Below, in pieces: positions 45,801 through 56,380 of a DNA stretch of 64,000 nucleotides. The position numbers and the translations under genes are program-made. Within the stretch, counting starts at the first letter, position 1, and every line of letters begins with the position of its first letter. A model generated the notes under the pieces. The model did no database searches, was not told the origin of the DNA, and saw only the letters and a list, made by a program, of their open reading frames with translations. Source of the DNA: a virus; the IMG/VR virus record IMGVR_UViG_3300012973_000014, positions 22 through 64,021 of that record. One strand, written 5' to 3'.

Positions 45801-48800
45801 TCAAATCTGGGATATGGCTACTATGGATTGTCTGAGTGCCACTCGCACCCAAGATATTCCATAGCTGTGTTTCATCAATACCTCCACCGCTCGGCACATC
45901 TCCACCGCCACCAGAGCCTTTACCGAATGCACCGCCACCATCAACTATAAGGTTCAATGTCGTATGAACCGCTTTATTCTCCTCGTCATAAGACCACAGT
46001 TTTCGCAATTCATTGACATACTCCAGAATACTACCAAGTGTTGCATCTACATCTCCACTAATCTTTATGGCGCCGCCCAGTGTAATCACACCATCCTTAT
46101 CCCAACTTATGTCTCCACCGGCAACGCTACCAGCTCCATCCTTATCCCAAGTGATATTACCCCCGGCAAGGTATCCGGAGCCATCAAACCTGAATAGAGA
46201 CTGAGCATATTTTGCAAGCGTATTGTCAGCTTCAATATCAGCCATAGGACCACCGTACCATGCAGCTATGCCACCACCCTTCTTGGTTGCATCGTATAAT
46301 CCATTGGTTCCACTCATGACGTTGAATACACCATTTTCGGTATAACCAAGCATCAAGAGTGAAGATTGTATCAGACCGCCCTCTGTAATCGTGCTTTCTC
46401 CTAAAGCTCTGCGTAGGTAGTCATAACCAGCAATCAAATCACTTGCATCCTCAAAAGCTTCTTTCGCTTTATCTTCTGCATATTTTTTTGCTTCCTTAAG
46501 ATTCTTCTCAGCCTGTTCTATACGAGCCTTTTCCTCTTCTGTTACAATTCCGTCCGCGTATGCTCTTGTTTTCTCATCAGCTAGTGCAATTGCGGCATCT
46601 GCAGCTTTCTGAGCAGCATCAATAGCATCTTGCTCCGCTCTGGTTATCTGCTTGTCAGCTTCTGCCTTCGAATAAACATCATCTATATTAGCTTTAGCTT
46701 TTTCAAGTTCACTAATTGTATCCTGTATGGCAATTTTCGCGTCATCTGTATATTTTTCACTTGCAGCCTTAGTATCAGAAATACTCTTATCTAAAGCCGT
46801 CTTGGTTGTAAGTATACTCTCCTCCAATTCAGCTTTAACGGCGTCACTATACGCATGAGAATCATCAGCCAAAGCCCAATCACTAGCAGCATAGCTACCA
46901 TTCTCGCCTTTAGCTTTCACGCATCGTTTCAACGGACTATTTTCTCCTCCGGCCCAAAGGTCTCCCAAGTCATAGGGAGGATAAGGCGTATCAATGAATA
47001 CTCTACGTTTGCCGTCAGCCGTATCCAGAGCCTTCTGGGCGAGTTCTAGAGCTTTAACTACTTCTGAATCCTCTATTACAGCCCAATAATAACCATCAGC
47101 CAAGGTATACTGAAACCTGAAAGCCTTACCATCATTAGTATAAAACAAGTCTCCAAGATGAGAATCCTTATCAGTATCCGTTACCCAGTCTGAAGCGGGA
47201 TAATTGTTCAATGTAGGAACCTCCTCGCCAAACCAAGTATCAATAGCTCCATCCATCTCGTTACGGATATTCTCAAACTCCTTAGTAACCTGCTCTACAA
47301 ACTCCTCATAACCCTCCGGTGTAGCCTCATTGATAGCCTGTTCCAAATCTCGTCCGTCACTCAGTTTAGTCCCAACTTCCAAGCGACCTTTTACTTGAAG
47401 AACACCGTTCTCATACTTAATGTACTGAGTCTGCTCTCTATCTCCTATATAACCAGCGCCATACACCTGAAGCCAAGTCTTACCACCAACACGACCTATA
47501 TTTACACTATCTTTGTTAGAAAGTGTAAAATCAGTTATATCATCATACCAAGTGACCAGACCGCCGCCATCATGTGTCTCATCAATCATCAGAGCTGCTT
47601 GTCTTGACTTGTCAGCACTGTTACCCAACTGCGCGATATTATCACCTACAACAGGGTCAAACGAACCCTGCATACGGTCGGTTTTGCTTATATCAATATA
47701 ATCTGCCCCAATTGCAGTAACACGAGCCCAATACTGACGTATACCGGCATCGGTGAACCTTTGAGAGAATGCACCATCATTTACCGCAAAATAATTACGG
47801 ACAGTACCGTTCTTAGTATCAAAGTAACACCTCCAGCTTGTCCCGGCATCTTCCACTCTACTTACGACCATACCCGCTGCAGAGAAAACTTGCTTGCCGG
47901 CGCTGTAAGAAACTTGATTGATAACAACTTCATTAAACCTTGCTCCTATACGACCGACAAGAACATCAGCCTCAATAACTCTGTTTCCATCATCGTCGGT
48001 ATACACGCCAAAACCTTGACCTTGGATATCTCCGGCACGGAACCCTTTATCGGCGATTCCTTCACCTAACTTTATATTCTTTTTAAACTCCGTAGGAGAG
48101 TAAGACACATCAGCAATACCATCTTTGCGTACAAATGTACTACTCAAAGAACGCACAGCTTCCTGTACTGCGCTTCTATTGCTATATACCCTTTGAGTCA
48201 GCACATTTACTTGACCTTCCAAAACCTCCACCGGATTACCGCTGGCAACAACAAGGTCGGAGAGTGTCAAATTCCACTCTGGATTGAGAGAATTGGCGTT
48301 ATAACGCTTAGTTAATGATTGAATATATAGTGAGATATACGAATCCCCAATAAGAGCAACATTTCGAACCCTTATCTTAGCTCCTGCTTTAATCTTGTCA
48401 ACCTCTCCGAATGAGCTACAGAATATCTTACTCGGAGTAATTGTAAATGATGGGAACTCCTCATCCTTCATCGCCAGCTGCTCTTCCAAGTAAGCATTGA
48501 GACGAGCCTCCGCATCATACACATACGGGTCATAAGGCATAGAGATATTGATAAAGAAGAAGTGGTCTCCGGGCTTAGCGTTCTGTTGAGTATTAGGAAG
48601 ATAGGTGTTAGACGCCTCCAATTCAGCCTCAGACTTCTGAAGCGTTAGCCTCCAGCCTCCTTCGATAGGTTTAATTGCAGTAGTAATGACTTGGTATAAG
48701 TTATCCGAATCAGAACTGAAACCTACAATTCTGAACTCATAATCTTCGCCGGCAAGTAATCCATCAGAGAACATTACCGTCATATCCTCACTGACCGCAC

Positions 48801-50463
48801 GAGGCTCCCAAACCCTATAAGTATAATCCTCATCAGACTCATCAGCATTGCGAGCAATACCCCACACATCGCGTATCTCGATATCAAATGTCTCCTTCCA
48901 TTCACCTTTATCTGTTGCTCGGGCATACTCTTTAACTGTGGCTCCAGTCAACCTTGTATCAACATTTACCACCACATCACTAGCCGTAGGGTCGTACTCA
49001 GCCCTCTGTATATTGGCACTCCACACAACATTAGCCTTAAAGCGATAATCGCCGGAAGGAATATCATCCAATTCCCAAAGGTAAGAATCAGTATCAGAGA
49101 TAGTTTGCGTGCGGACAACCTCACCAGTAACACTGTTAGCAAAATCTACAAGTTGCAACTCGGCTGAGCTGCGAACAGTACTGGTAGCACCAAACTCTAC
49201 CGGCACAGGAAAACCGTCATCTCCGATATATGAAGGCGACATAGTAATACGAATCTGCGCAGTGTTGATAGGATTCGTCACTTGGAAGCGGTCAGTAAAG
49301 ATAGTGAACTCTATACCACCACGACAATCCTCAAGATAGTTATTTTTTGGACTATTGCCGCACTTACCTGAAGACGACTCCTGCCCTGCAGCGTCTATGC
49401 CGATAGCAATGGTATTCTGCGGCTCCTTCACTCCGTCAACCAACACTTTCTCCACCGCAAGAACCTCATCTAGCCTAACACCGTTACGAGTAGCACCTTG
49501 CAGTGTCGGGAATATCTTCTCATTAGGTTCTATTGCACCATAAGAAATACCCCACAAGTCCTCCTTATCCGACAAAGCATAATCTATCGGAGCTATATGC
49601 CTTCCAGCAGCCTTATCCGATACACCCTGATTATAAGCCCAAGTACCTGAACCGGAACCTGCATTGTAACCGCGAACATAATCACGATATACCTTAGGCA
49701 TCAAATTCTTAAAGAAAACAGCCTGTAAGGAAGAGTTGGTATCCGGGTCGCCAGCATGGAAATAATCCGGCGGTAAGTTTTTCTCGGAACCACGGCCCCT
49801 CAAACGTGTGATAATACGCTCAAGAGGATTGTTTCGTTCCACGCTAACTAAACCATTATCCTTGCCGTACTCAAATACATGCTCTATTTCTATTTCCTGA
49901 AAGCCTACCTGAATCTGTAGCACATTACCGGCACTGCGGATAACCCATCGTACACCGTACATCTCATAAACCTTGATAAGCACGTCCCAAAGCGTAGCAT
50001 TATCAAAAGATATTGAGATAGCATTACCATCTTCGGTATAATCCTGAGGCAGTACCATTCGCCACCTATCACCCATATAATGGCGCAAGTTAAGATTGAA
50101 GCGGTCTACAAACTCAGAAAGGGTAGCATACAAAGGAACATTGTATGAACTAGGCTGCGGATTGCCACTACCAAGCTCTACAAAATCCATAAAGGTATAC
50201 CTTTTCAAATCCTCACGCTCCGATTTGAATACAAGGGTATATGTCGTAGAGAGCGAAGATGTATCCTTCTTACCGGTAGGTTTGCGCACCCCAAGGTAAA
50301 ACTTCTCGCCGTTATACACCACATACCAGTCTGGGTGGAAATCCTGTTCCTCGCTAAAAGAAACAGTAGCTGATATAGAACTCTCGCCCATATCAGCATC
50401 ATTAAACTCAAACACACTGATAAGCTTGAGCTTCTCGTTTTTCTCGTTGTATAATGTAATCAT
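42859..50463 (-). CDS. giant tail fibre / tail-tip protein (2534 aa) with phage-fibre repeats and C-terminal S74-type intramolecular chaperone domain
   Basis: 4 or more repeats of 'YLPLSGGT(I/L)TG.L' (Phage_fiber_2-like). C-terminal 'GSDIRYKDI...' matches the SDxRxK autoproteolytic chaperone signature. Long coiled coil mid-protein. Confidence 0.75.
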   Translation of the reverse strand: MITLYNEKNEKLKLISVFEFNDADMGESSISATVSFSEEQDFHPDWYVVYNGEKFYLGVRKPTGKKDTSSLSTTYTLVFKSEREDLKRYTFMDFVELGSGNPQPSSYNVPLYATLSEFVDRFNLNLRHYMGDRWRMVLPQDYTEDGNAISISFDNATLWDVLIKVYEMYGVRWVIRSAGNVLQIQVGFQEIEIEHVFEYGKDNGLVSVERNNPLERIITRLRGRGSEKNLPPDYFHAGDPDTNSSLQAVFFKNLMPKVYRDYVRGYNAGSGSGTWAYNQGVSDKAAGRHIAPIDYALSDKEDLWGISYGAIEPNEKIFPTLQGATRNGVRLDEVLAVEKVLVDGVKEPQNTIAIGIDAAGQESSSGKCGNSPKNNYLEDCRGGIEFTIFTDRFQVTNPINTAQIRITMSPSYIGDDGFPVPVEFGATSTVRSSAELQLVDFANSVTGEVVRTQTISDTDSYLWELDDIPSGDYRFKANVVWSANIQRAEYDPTASDVVVNVDTRLTGATVKEYARATDKGEWKETFDIEIRDVWGIARNADESDEDYTYRVWEPRAVSEDMTVMFSDGLLAGEDYEFRIVGFSSDSDNLYQVITTAIKPIEGGWRLTLQKSEAELEASNTYLPNTQQNAKPGDHFFFINISMPYDPYVYDAEARLNAYLEEQLAMKDEEFPSFTITPSKIFCSSFGEVDKIKAGAKIRVRNVALIGDSYISLYIQSLTKRYNANSLNPEWNLTLSDLVVASGNPVEVLEGQVNVLTQRVYSNRSAVQEAVRSLSSTFVRKDGIADVSYSPTEFKKNIKLGEGIADKGFRAGDIQGQGFGVYTDDDGNRVIEADVLVGRIGARFNEVVINQVSYSAGKQVFSAAGMVVSRVEDAGTSWRCYFDTKNGTVRNYFAVNDGAFSQRFTDAGIRQYWARVTAIGADYIDISKTDRMQGSFDPVVGDNIAQLGNSADKSRQAALMIDETHDGGGLVTWYDDITDFTLSNKDSVNIGRVGGKTWLQVYGAGYIGDREQTQYIKYENGVLQVKGRLEVGTKLSDGRDLEQAINEATPEGYEEFVEQVTKEFENIRNEMDGAIDTWFGEEVPTLNNYPASDWVTDTDKDSHLGDLFYTNDGKAFRFQYTLADGYYWAVIEDSEVVKALELAQKALDTADGKRRVFIDTPYPPYDLGDLWAGGENSPLKRCVKAKGENGSYAASDWALADDSHAYSDAVKAELEESILTTKTALDKSISDTKAASEKYTDDAKIAIQDTISELEKAKANIDDVYSKAEADKQITRAEQDAIDAAQKAADAAIALADEKTRAYADGIVTEEEKARIEQAEKNLKEAKKYAEDKAKEAFEDASDLIAGYDYLRRALGESTITEGGLIQSSLLMLGYTENGVFNVMSGTNGLYDATKKGGGIAAWYGGPMADIEADNTLAKYAQSLFRFDGSGYLAGGNITWDKDGAGSVAGGDISWDKDGVITLGGAIKISGDVDATLGSILEYVNELRKLWSYDEENKAVHTTLNLIVDGGGAFGKGSGGGGDVPSGGGIDETQLWNILGASGTQTIHSSHIPDLSGKYLPLSGGTISNNSAITPLVINSNATTYAVAMRIECKSANKVEMGWDSSIGTYLYSFASSSYLSIKDDGTPVYNTNTLIHSGNIGSYNAGSATKLQTARTIWGQSFDGSAAVNGCLHITEDNVNSYTQGIRINQVSVSNVASIWLATVNSYGYDAGMWGISASNSGSLRFRGGVTSASDLMQITQDGNVLIGTTDDNGYKLDVNGTLNATTIYQNGVTLDSKLAGYLPLSGGTLTGPLTLSSGTDAAYDKTALSFIRTLNSVEQARIGTDSSGGIGVYSVGNIYLRGNVTLGERSTNGVVIYKDWLSFNANAIIHEGNYSTTTDNRYLKLSGGTVKDGTSREALFLDTDGTIGTTLSFRTKGVNTSLIGHNSAAAFGVFITNIQSDKALMLGNDGKLWYCNSASSIPRTWEVLHTGNYSTTVDNRYLQLTGGTITGNLNITSGNIGIYDNAGNGILAPLSASNTWTGVSGEAVVAVGSSAHKTVIRTNADNLYHYNLSAGKQYKIYDSGNLTKEALGVYARTATVNGTSWNIAGTTNTPTTFDIYAPITKGSSGQFLRSSGTGAPIWETISWYDASVSRTANTVLAAPNGGNGAATFRALVAADIPTVNTVLCQAGTDNINRPIVLTNKSNSLWYAPKALVNYATGDLTLYSESGDSPALIFQRGAIDDYTTTFDWKTFVSGGDWYLQHNYGGWTTAFKIDYYGTGTIKSLNVSNGLVLNNASSSAFNDVGILFGSSHLARIGLSSAGGLGIYAAEGIYLRPNSGSANAGIGVVIAQSGDVTMSHTLTVSSNIHTNGDIILNDTTGTSSISRKLKFLRRTESDDYWDYGLYAQTTKGLTFYRSANGVNTDIAYIDGNGNLVATGGGAFGSDIRYKDITSYKQIDLETIVNAPLFTFKWTDRDDKEQHLGTSAQYWLDTQFKDAVNTTNKDFYHLDYGALAVGIGISVAREVKGVKTEVQLLREKVNQLEQELAQYRRA

Positions 50464-50930
50464 TATCTTATATCAGTTAAAGATGTTGGGTCATTGACAT
50501 ACAGAACAAAGTCAAATACGAGCAGACCTTTCTCACCTTCTATGGTATAGGTTTTCTCGTCCCATTTCTTCGCAAATCCCTTCATTCGCACGTTCTTATA
50601 ATTATTGAACAGCTCTACTTCTTTAGCAACCATAACGTCCGAACCTTTCTCTTGAGTAAATAGACTGCTAAAGAAATCACGGATATTCTTATTCACAGTG
50701 TCCTCATTAGCCCAACACCCCAAAGAAATCTGATAATCAAAAGGCTGCTTAACAGTTCGGCGGTCAATCTCGGGAGCCGCAGACTCCGGGAACTCCTGCT
50801 TATCGTAATCCCTTATAGGGGCCGTCACACGAGCCGGAGATTCCAATAAATGAAAGTCATAAGTATCTATCAGGTCAACCTTCTCGCCTCCTTCAATACT
50901 TATCTCTATGCTACATAATCTTCTTACCAT
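50463..50930 (-). CDS. tail protein (distal tail protein candidate)
   Basis: 155 aa. Lies between the TMP and the fibre. Confidence 0.35.
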   Translation of the reverse strand: MVRRLCSIEISIEGGEKVDLIDTYDFHLLESPARVTAPIRDYDKQEFPESAAPEIDRRTVKQPFDYQISLGCWANEDTVNKNIRDFFSSLFTQEKGSDVMVAKEVELFNNYKNVRMKGFAKKWDEKTYTIEGEKGLLVFDFVLYVNDPTSLTDIR

Positions 50931-50941
50931 GACATAATATA

Positions 50942-51442
50942 TTAGTGTTTATGCTTTTCTCTTATTTTAAAGTTCTTGGAGCCTGTTATATTTATCTCGT
51001 AATCACCACGCTTATAAACAATGCAACGCGCCGAGCCTCGCAATTCTATATTTATCTTACCATGGTCATAGCAATCAATAACCAAGTCACCACCATCCTC
51101 TACGATTATATGAGCCTCAGTCTCCAATCCAAAATATAACCTCGTAACAGCATTGGTAATTATACCAGCCTTGCAATTGTTGAATATATAACAAAGGCCA
51201 GTTGCTCGTAAGGTTACGAAAGAGTCAATATAAACACCCTGTTGCCGGGTATCATCATCATTAAAATACTCTTTGAGAATAGTAAGAGCCGGGTAATGAC
51301 GCTCTAAACACCAATCCGGATTAGCTTTATAGTATTCTACCAATGCAGCTTTATTCCACCCGGTATTCCACCTGTCGGTATGCTCGGCACACAACCCAGC
51401 TCCCACTGCTTCTGTTTTTAGTTTTATGTTCAAGTCACCCAT
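50942..51442 (-). CDS. tail protein, unknown role
   Basis: 166 aa. Immediately downstream of the TMP. Confidence 0.35.
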   Translation of the reverse strand: MGDLNIKLKTEAVGAGLCAEHTDRWNTGWNKAALVEYYKANPDWCLERHYPALTILKEYFNDDDTRQQGVYIDSFVTLRATGLCYIFNNCKAGIITNAVTRLYFGLETEAHIIVEDGGDLVIDCYDHGKINIELRGSARCIVYKRGDYEINITGSKNFKIREKHKH

Positions 51443-51490
51443 AGGACAAAGTTAATAAAATTTAAGAGAGGGGCAAAAAACCCCTCTCAG

Positions 51491-54400
51491 TTAATTGGAT
51501 AATCTGGTATTCACCACTTTGCGTGACGAAGTGCCAGCAGTAGAGATTATAGAGTCAATCTTGCCGTTTAGAGTCTGGAGTTGTGATACCGTGTTACCAG
51601 TATTGGCGTTAATCGCCTGCAACTGGCTCAGCGACTGCTGTTGCAATGTCACAAGTTGTCCGACATTGAATCCGTTATCCCCGCCAGTCGCCGGAGCAAC
51701 CGCCGCAGCCTTACCCTCAAGGATAGCCCTGATAGCAGCCACGTCATCCTTAATCCATACCTGATAATACAAGATGGAGTTGGCATAACCAGCAAGAGTA
51801 AGCACTGTCTCCTCTGACGCCTGAGCAACACCCTTGGCGATACCGGTGAGATTACTTGTATCTTGCTCCCCTAACTGACTACGTAACCCAAGCATCTCAG
51901 CCAAATGAGTCAAGTCCTCATCAATAAACTCGATAGCCTTGTTACCCATATCCATGATACTCTGCCATTCAGCCGGAGTGAGCTCAGCATCCTCATAAGC
52001 CTTATCAATAGCTGCGAAGACTGGCTCCAACCTTTTCTGCACCAGCTTGGCCATCATAGAGTTCTGGACCATAGTCTTCATCATATCTTTGAATGAAGCT
52101 TTGAGAGCACCCATAGTATCATCAAACGACAGATAAGCATCCAACCACGATTGTGCGAAATCTTTTGCGGCGTCAGGGAGTCCGGTTCCAACCATTTCCT
52201 CAGTTACACTGCGTTGCAACTCTCGTATTTGCTTCTGAGCATCAAGAATCTTGTCGGTGTAATCCTCAATAGCATCATCATCCCTCTTCTTGCCTTTACT
52301 CTGCTCAGCGGCTCTCTGTTTCTCAAACGCGGAAATCTGACTCTGAAGGTTAGCAATTTGTTGTTGCTGATTCCTTATCCAATCAGTGCCCACCAATCCT
52401 TCCTGAACCTCCTCAAGTCGCTCATAAGCGCGCTCAAGGCCTTTCAATAGCTTCTCCTGCCTCTCAATTTCCTTATTAGCAGCACGAACTTTCTTGTTAG
52501 AAAACCAGTTAATAGCAGCAAAGGCGGCGCCTAAAGCTAACCCGACAGCCAACAAAGGAGCCATCTCTGCCTCAAGAATAGCCACTACGGCAACCATAGC
52601 TGACAATACAGACGTCATAGTACTAAATCCAGCCTGAAAAGCTTTAATAGCCTCTTCTGTTTCAGGAGAGAATGCTATACCCAGCGATTCCGCTACTCCG
52701 GTTGCTGCATCAATAACACCATTGATAGCTGACTCCACTTTCTGAGACCTCTGCTGAATAACTCCAAGTGACTTCTCTAAATTATCCATAGCAGCAGCCT
52801 TGGCGACCTTGTCACCTTTCTTTATCGCATCGATGAGATTTTTCCAAGCATCCTTAAACTCTACAATAGGTTGCTTATCGAATTTAATATTCCTGAGCTT
52901 TTCAATCAAATCCACAAGCGACTTGAGATTAGTGGCATCAAACTGTCCCGACGCAAGCATCCCTTGCAGTTCAGTAAGCATCTGCTCCACCACATCCACC
53001 GCAACTGCATCAAGGTTTTCCAATTCCTTGGCAAATCTTTCCTGAAAATCAGTAAGGTCAAGCTTCGCAAATTCCTGATTATACTTACGCTGAATAGCAG
53101 CTACAGCATCAGCAATATAAGCATTCCATTCGGCTTGGTCAACGCCATCTGGAGCCTTAAGCTTAGTCACAGCGTCCATTTCTGATTGCATTTGCTGCCC
53201 CAATAGCTTTACTTGTGTATCAAAATCCCCGAACTTATCAATAGTCTTGAATAGACTCTCAACTTGCTGCTTATTAAAATCAACAAACGAAGCTAAGGCT
53301 TCTTTAAACTTAGGCTGGACATCTTTAGGAAGTGCATCCGCCAATGATTGCAACTTCCGTACGCTAATCTCACCATTACTGATAGCCTCTTCCAAATCAG
53401 AAGCATTCCAGTCTCCGGTCAAATCTATCTCAGTCGCAATGGCAGCTTTCGTAGGTTCGTTAGAAACAAGAATCTCAGACAACTGTCTCGACAATAACTG
53501 TCCCACATTCCCACTCTGTAACTCTACGCCAGTCACACCTAATGTAAGATTTGTAGACAATTCTACATCACCTGTAAGACCCAACATCTTTTCAAAGAAC
53601 TCAGAAGCATCACGTTGCTGCCTTATCTGACCTGAAAGTTTATCAAGCGCAGCTTCAAGTTTTTCCTTAGCAGTTGCAAGGTCTACATCTTGAATTTTAA
53701 GAGCAATCTGCATAGCAAGACTATCATCCTTCAAATCCTGAGCCTTCTTAAGCATCTGCTGCAATCTCGCCTTGAAAGCAGCCGGGTCAAGGAAATCCAC
53801 ATCAGTAAGATTACCGTAAATCTCCTCAATATCAGCTTTAGCAGCTTCATCCGACATTAGTCTACGCAACTCGCCATATCTCTTATAAATCTTCTCTACA
53901 AGAGAGAGCTCAGATTTGAGATTATCAAGAGGAGTGGTGTCTACCTTGCCGCCAGTCTGAAGAGAGAACCCAGCAAACTTAGCATAACTCTCAGCATTCT
54001 TAATTATCTGTTGCTGAGTAGCCAACTGCTTCTGATAAGCCTCGACATTCTTACGAACTTCATCCGTCTGCTTTTGACTCTTTGCAGAAGCAATAGCATC
54101 TTGATATTCTTTTGCCCTATCGGTAGCATCTTTCCACGCATCGCGAGTTTCTTTGATAGTATCGGAAAAATTCAACGCAGCAAGCTCAGCATCCTTTAGA
54201 TTACCAGCCTTCATAAATTTATTATACTCCTTTCGCCATAAAAGTTGAGCGGCAGCAGCGTCATCTGTAGCCTTCTTAAGAGCCTCTAATTCACGATTAT
54301 ACCCAGCTAAATCCTTCTCTAACCCTTCAATCTTTTTCTCTTCAGCCTCCATCATGGCATTCCATATACGTTGCTGGTCAACATCACTGGTAGAGTCTCT

Positions 54401-56377
54401 TCTCTCCTGCCATGATATCAAATTCCGCTTAGCAGTGGCTATCAAAGCTTCAGTATTAGACTTCTTAGCCTTTATAGCCTCTACCTCATTATCTCTCATA
54501 GCTTGAGTAACATTACCCCATGCGTCTGCAAGTTGCTGGACAGTAGCTTTTTCCGAGTCTACAGCCGACAATAATTCTGGACTCAAGGCTTTCAATTCCT
54601 CTATCGCCGCAACACGCTTCTTAGTAGCCTCTGTTACAGCATTCTGCCTCTCCTCATCAGTTTTATATTGAGAAAAAAGTTCTGGATAAATACGCTTCAA
54701 ATCAGAAAGAGATTTATCTTGAGTCTTAAGGAGTATGTCGTATTCCTTGATTTTTTTAATAATACGCTCATAACTTTTATCAGCATCCAGTAAAGGTTTC
54801 TGAATCTCCTCTACCGACTTAGCTACCCTCTTGTTAGACTCTGCTGAAGAAGAAAGAGTCTCCTTATACTTGTTCCACAGGGTAATTGAACCAGCCAAAA
54901 TTGCAGCAGTACCCGTAAACACTGCTATTAATGGATTCGCAATCAATGCAGCTTGAATCTTATAAAGAGAACGGGCAAAAACATTGTTAGCAGCAGCAGC
55001 TTTCAATAACGCCAAACTGTATCTATCATTAGCGACTCTCGCTTTATGTACTAAAGCGGCATGTAAATGAGCAGCCCTATTAGTCCTATCCATAGATGCT
55101 TTTAAGGACATTTCTGCCTTTTGTAATAAAGCCGTTGAAATAGCAGTACGGCTAGTGAGAGTACCTCCGAGTTTTACAGCAATAGCATACGCGCCCCAAG
55201 TAGCCAGCAACGGGTTTAACGAAGCAGCAACAATATCCAGATTCTTTGCGAGAAATGTAGCAGCCTTACCAAAAGTAACAAGGAACCCCATATTACTCTG
55301 ACCAATCTCATCAAAGGAGTTCTGAATATTATCAGCCAAGTTCTCATAAATACCATATACTGACTCTGCCAACTTCTTCTGCATCTCGTAGAATCGTCCA
55401 CCTTCTGCAGTCATCTCTTTGAAGATATCAGCAACCATCTCAAACGGAACCTGACGGGTAGAGATAAGGTCAAACACCTCTCCGGTGCTCACTACTTCTC
55501 CACGCAACTGACTAAATTTCTTAGCCAACTCATCCACAAGCGGAATACCAGCCTCAGTAAACTGCCTAAGCTCAGTACCACGCAATACCGAAGCCGCCTT
55601 AACCTGACCATAAGCTAAGATTAGCCTATCCATACTTACGCCCAATCCGGCAGATACGTCCGCCAGCATATTCATAGTACCATACAACTGCTCATTTTCT
55701 ATACGATATGCAGCGAGTTGTTTTGTGTAAGTCACCAAATCCTTAGTACTAAAAGGAGATTCAGTTGCACTCACCTTAATTTTCGCAAACAAAGCGTCTG
55801 CAAAAGCAGCATCCTGAGTAATAGCCCTCAATGATACTCTCTGTTTCTCAAATTCAAGAGTTAGGTCTTTGATATTGTTCAACAACCTATAACCTCCTAG
55901 CAAACTCAAATAAGAGTTAGTGAACTGCTTAAGTCCATTGAGAACGCCAGACTGAGTTCGATAAGCTTGAGTTTGACGATTCGTCGCAGATATTCCTCGC
56001 TCTTGAGCAGTAGCCAACGATAACAGCCTCTTCTCTTTTAATGCAGCAGCAGCAGCAGTTTTTTCCATCTCTGTTCTCTTACGCTGCTCCTCAATAGCCG
56101 CCTTTTTATTCACGAGAATCATTCGTTCAGCGTGTAGATTCTGCTCTCGTAAAGCTCTACCAGCAGTCAACTTAGTACCAGAGCCTTTTTGCAACTGCTG
56201 TATTTCCTTTAACTGGTCACGTATCTTATCCAACCCTTCAACGCCTTCAAGTTTTATTTTAAAGGCGCTATCGTCAATCATTTTTTGAATATCCTTTTCC
56301 TTATCCTCCCACTCTTTTTTTAGGGCATCCATATCTATCCCTAATCGTAAGCCAAATTCCAAATTATCATTAGCCAT
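51491..56377 (-). CDS. tail tape measure protein
   Basis: 1628 aa. Extensive coiled coil, internal hydrophobic segments. Position after the chaperone genes. Confidence 0.75.
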   Translation of the reverse strand: MANDNLEFGLRLGIDMDALKKEWEDKEKDIQKMIDDSAFKIKLEGVEGLDKIRDQLKEIQQLQKGSGTKLTAGRALREQNLHAERMILVNKKAAIEEQRKRTEMEKTAAAAALKEKRLLSLATAQERGISATNRQTQAYRTQSGVLNGLKQFTNSYLSLLGGYRLLNNIKDLTLEFEKQRVSLRAITQDAAFADALFAKIKVSATESPFSTKDLVTYTKQLAAYRIENEQLYGTMNMLADVSAGLGVSMDRLILAYGQVKAASVLRGTELRQFTEAGIPLVDELAKKFSQLRGEVVSTGEVFDLISTRQVPFEMVADIFKEMTAEGGRFYEMQKKLAESVYGIYENLADNIQNSFDEIGQSNMGFLVTFGKAATFLAKNLDIVAASLNPLLATWGAYAIAVKLGGTLTSRTAISTALLQKAEMSLKASMDRTNRAAHLHAALVHKARVANDRYSLALLKAAAANNVFARSLYKIQAALIANPLIAVFTGTAAILAGSITLWNKYKETLSSSAESNKRVAKSVEEIQKPLLDADKSYERIIKKIKEYDILLKTQDKSLSDLKRIYPELFSQYKTDEERQNAVTEATKKRVAAIEELKALSPELLSAVDSEKATVQQLADAWGNVTQAMRDNEVEAIKAKKSNTEALIATAKRNLISWQERRDSTSDVDQQRIWNAMMEAEEKKIEGLEKDLAGYNRELEALKKATDDAAAAQLLWRKEYNKFMKAGNLKDAELAALNFSDTIKETRDAWKDATDRAKEYQDAIASAKSQKQTDEVRKNVEAYQKQLATQQQIIKNAESYAKFAGFSLQTGGKVDTTPLDNLKSELSLVEKIYKRYGELRRLMSDEAAKADIEEIYGNLTDVDFLDPAAFKARLQQMLKKAQDLKDDSLAMQIALKIQDVDLATAKEKLEAALDKLSGQIRQQRDASEFFEKMLGLTGDVELSTNLTLGVTGVELQSGNVGQLLSRQLSEILVSNEPTKAAIATEIDLTGDWNASDLEEAISNGEISVRKLQSLADALPKDVQPKFKEALASFVDFNKQQVESLFKTIDKFGDFDTQVKLLGQQMQSEMDAVTKLKAPDGVDQAEWNAYIADAVAAIQRKYNQEFAKLDLTDFQERFAKELENLDAVAVDVVEQMLTELQGMLASGQFDATNLKSLVDLIEKLRNIKFDKQPIVEFKDAWKNLIDAIKKGDKVAKAAAMDNLEKSLGVIQQRSQKVESAINGVIDAATGVAESLGIAFSPETEEAIKAFQAGFSTMTSVLSAMVAVVAILEAEMAPLLAVGLALGAAFAAINWFSNKKVRAANKEIERQEKLLKGLERAYERLEEVQEGLVGTDWIRNQQQQIANLQSQISAFEKQRAAEQSKGKKRDDDAIEDYTDKILDAQKQIRELQRSVTEEMVGTGLPDAAKDFAQSWLDAYLSFDDTMGALKASFKDMMKTMVQNSMMAKLVQKRLEPVFAAIDKAYEDAELTPAEWQSIMDMGNKAIEFIDEDLTHLAEMLGLRSQLGEQDTSNLTGIAKGVAQASEETVLTLAGYANSILYYQVWIKDDVAAIRAILEGKAAAVAPATGGDNGFNVGQLVTLQQQSLSQLQAINANTGNTVSQLQTLNGKIDSIISTAGTSSRKVVNTRLSN

Positions 56378-56380
56378 ACA

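Noticed and set aside
44609-49543. Numerous 60-110-aa + strand ORFs inside the giant tail-fibre gene (and 51495-54199 inside the TMP gene)
   Set aside because: Antisense shadow ORFs within long, confidently coding minus-strand genes.
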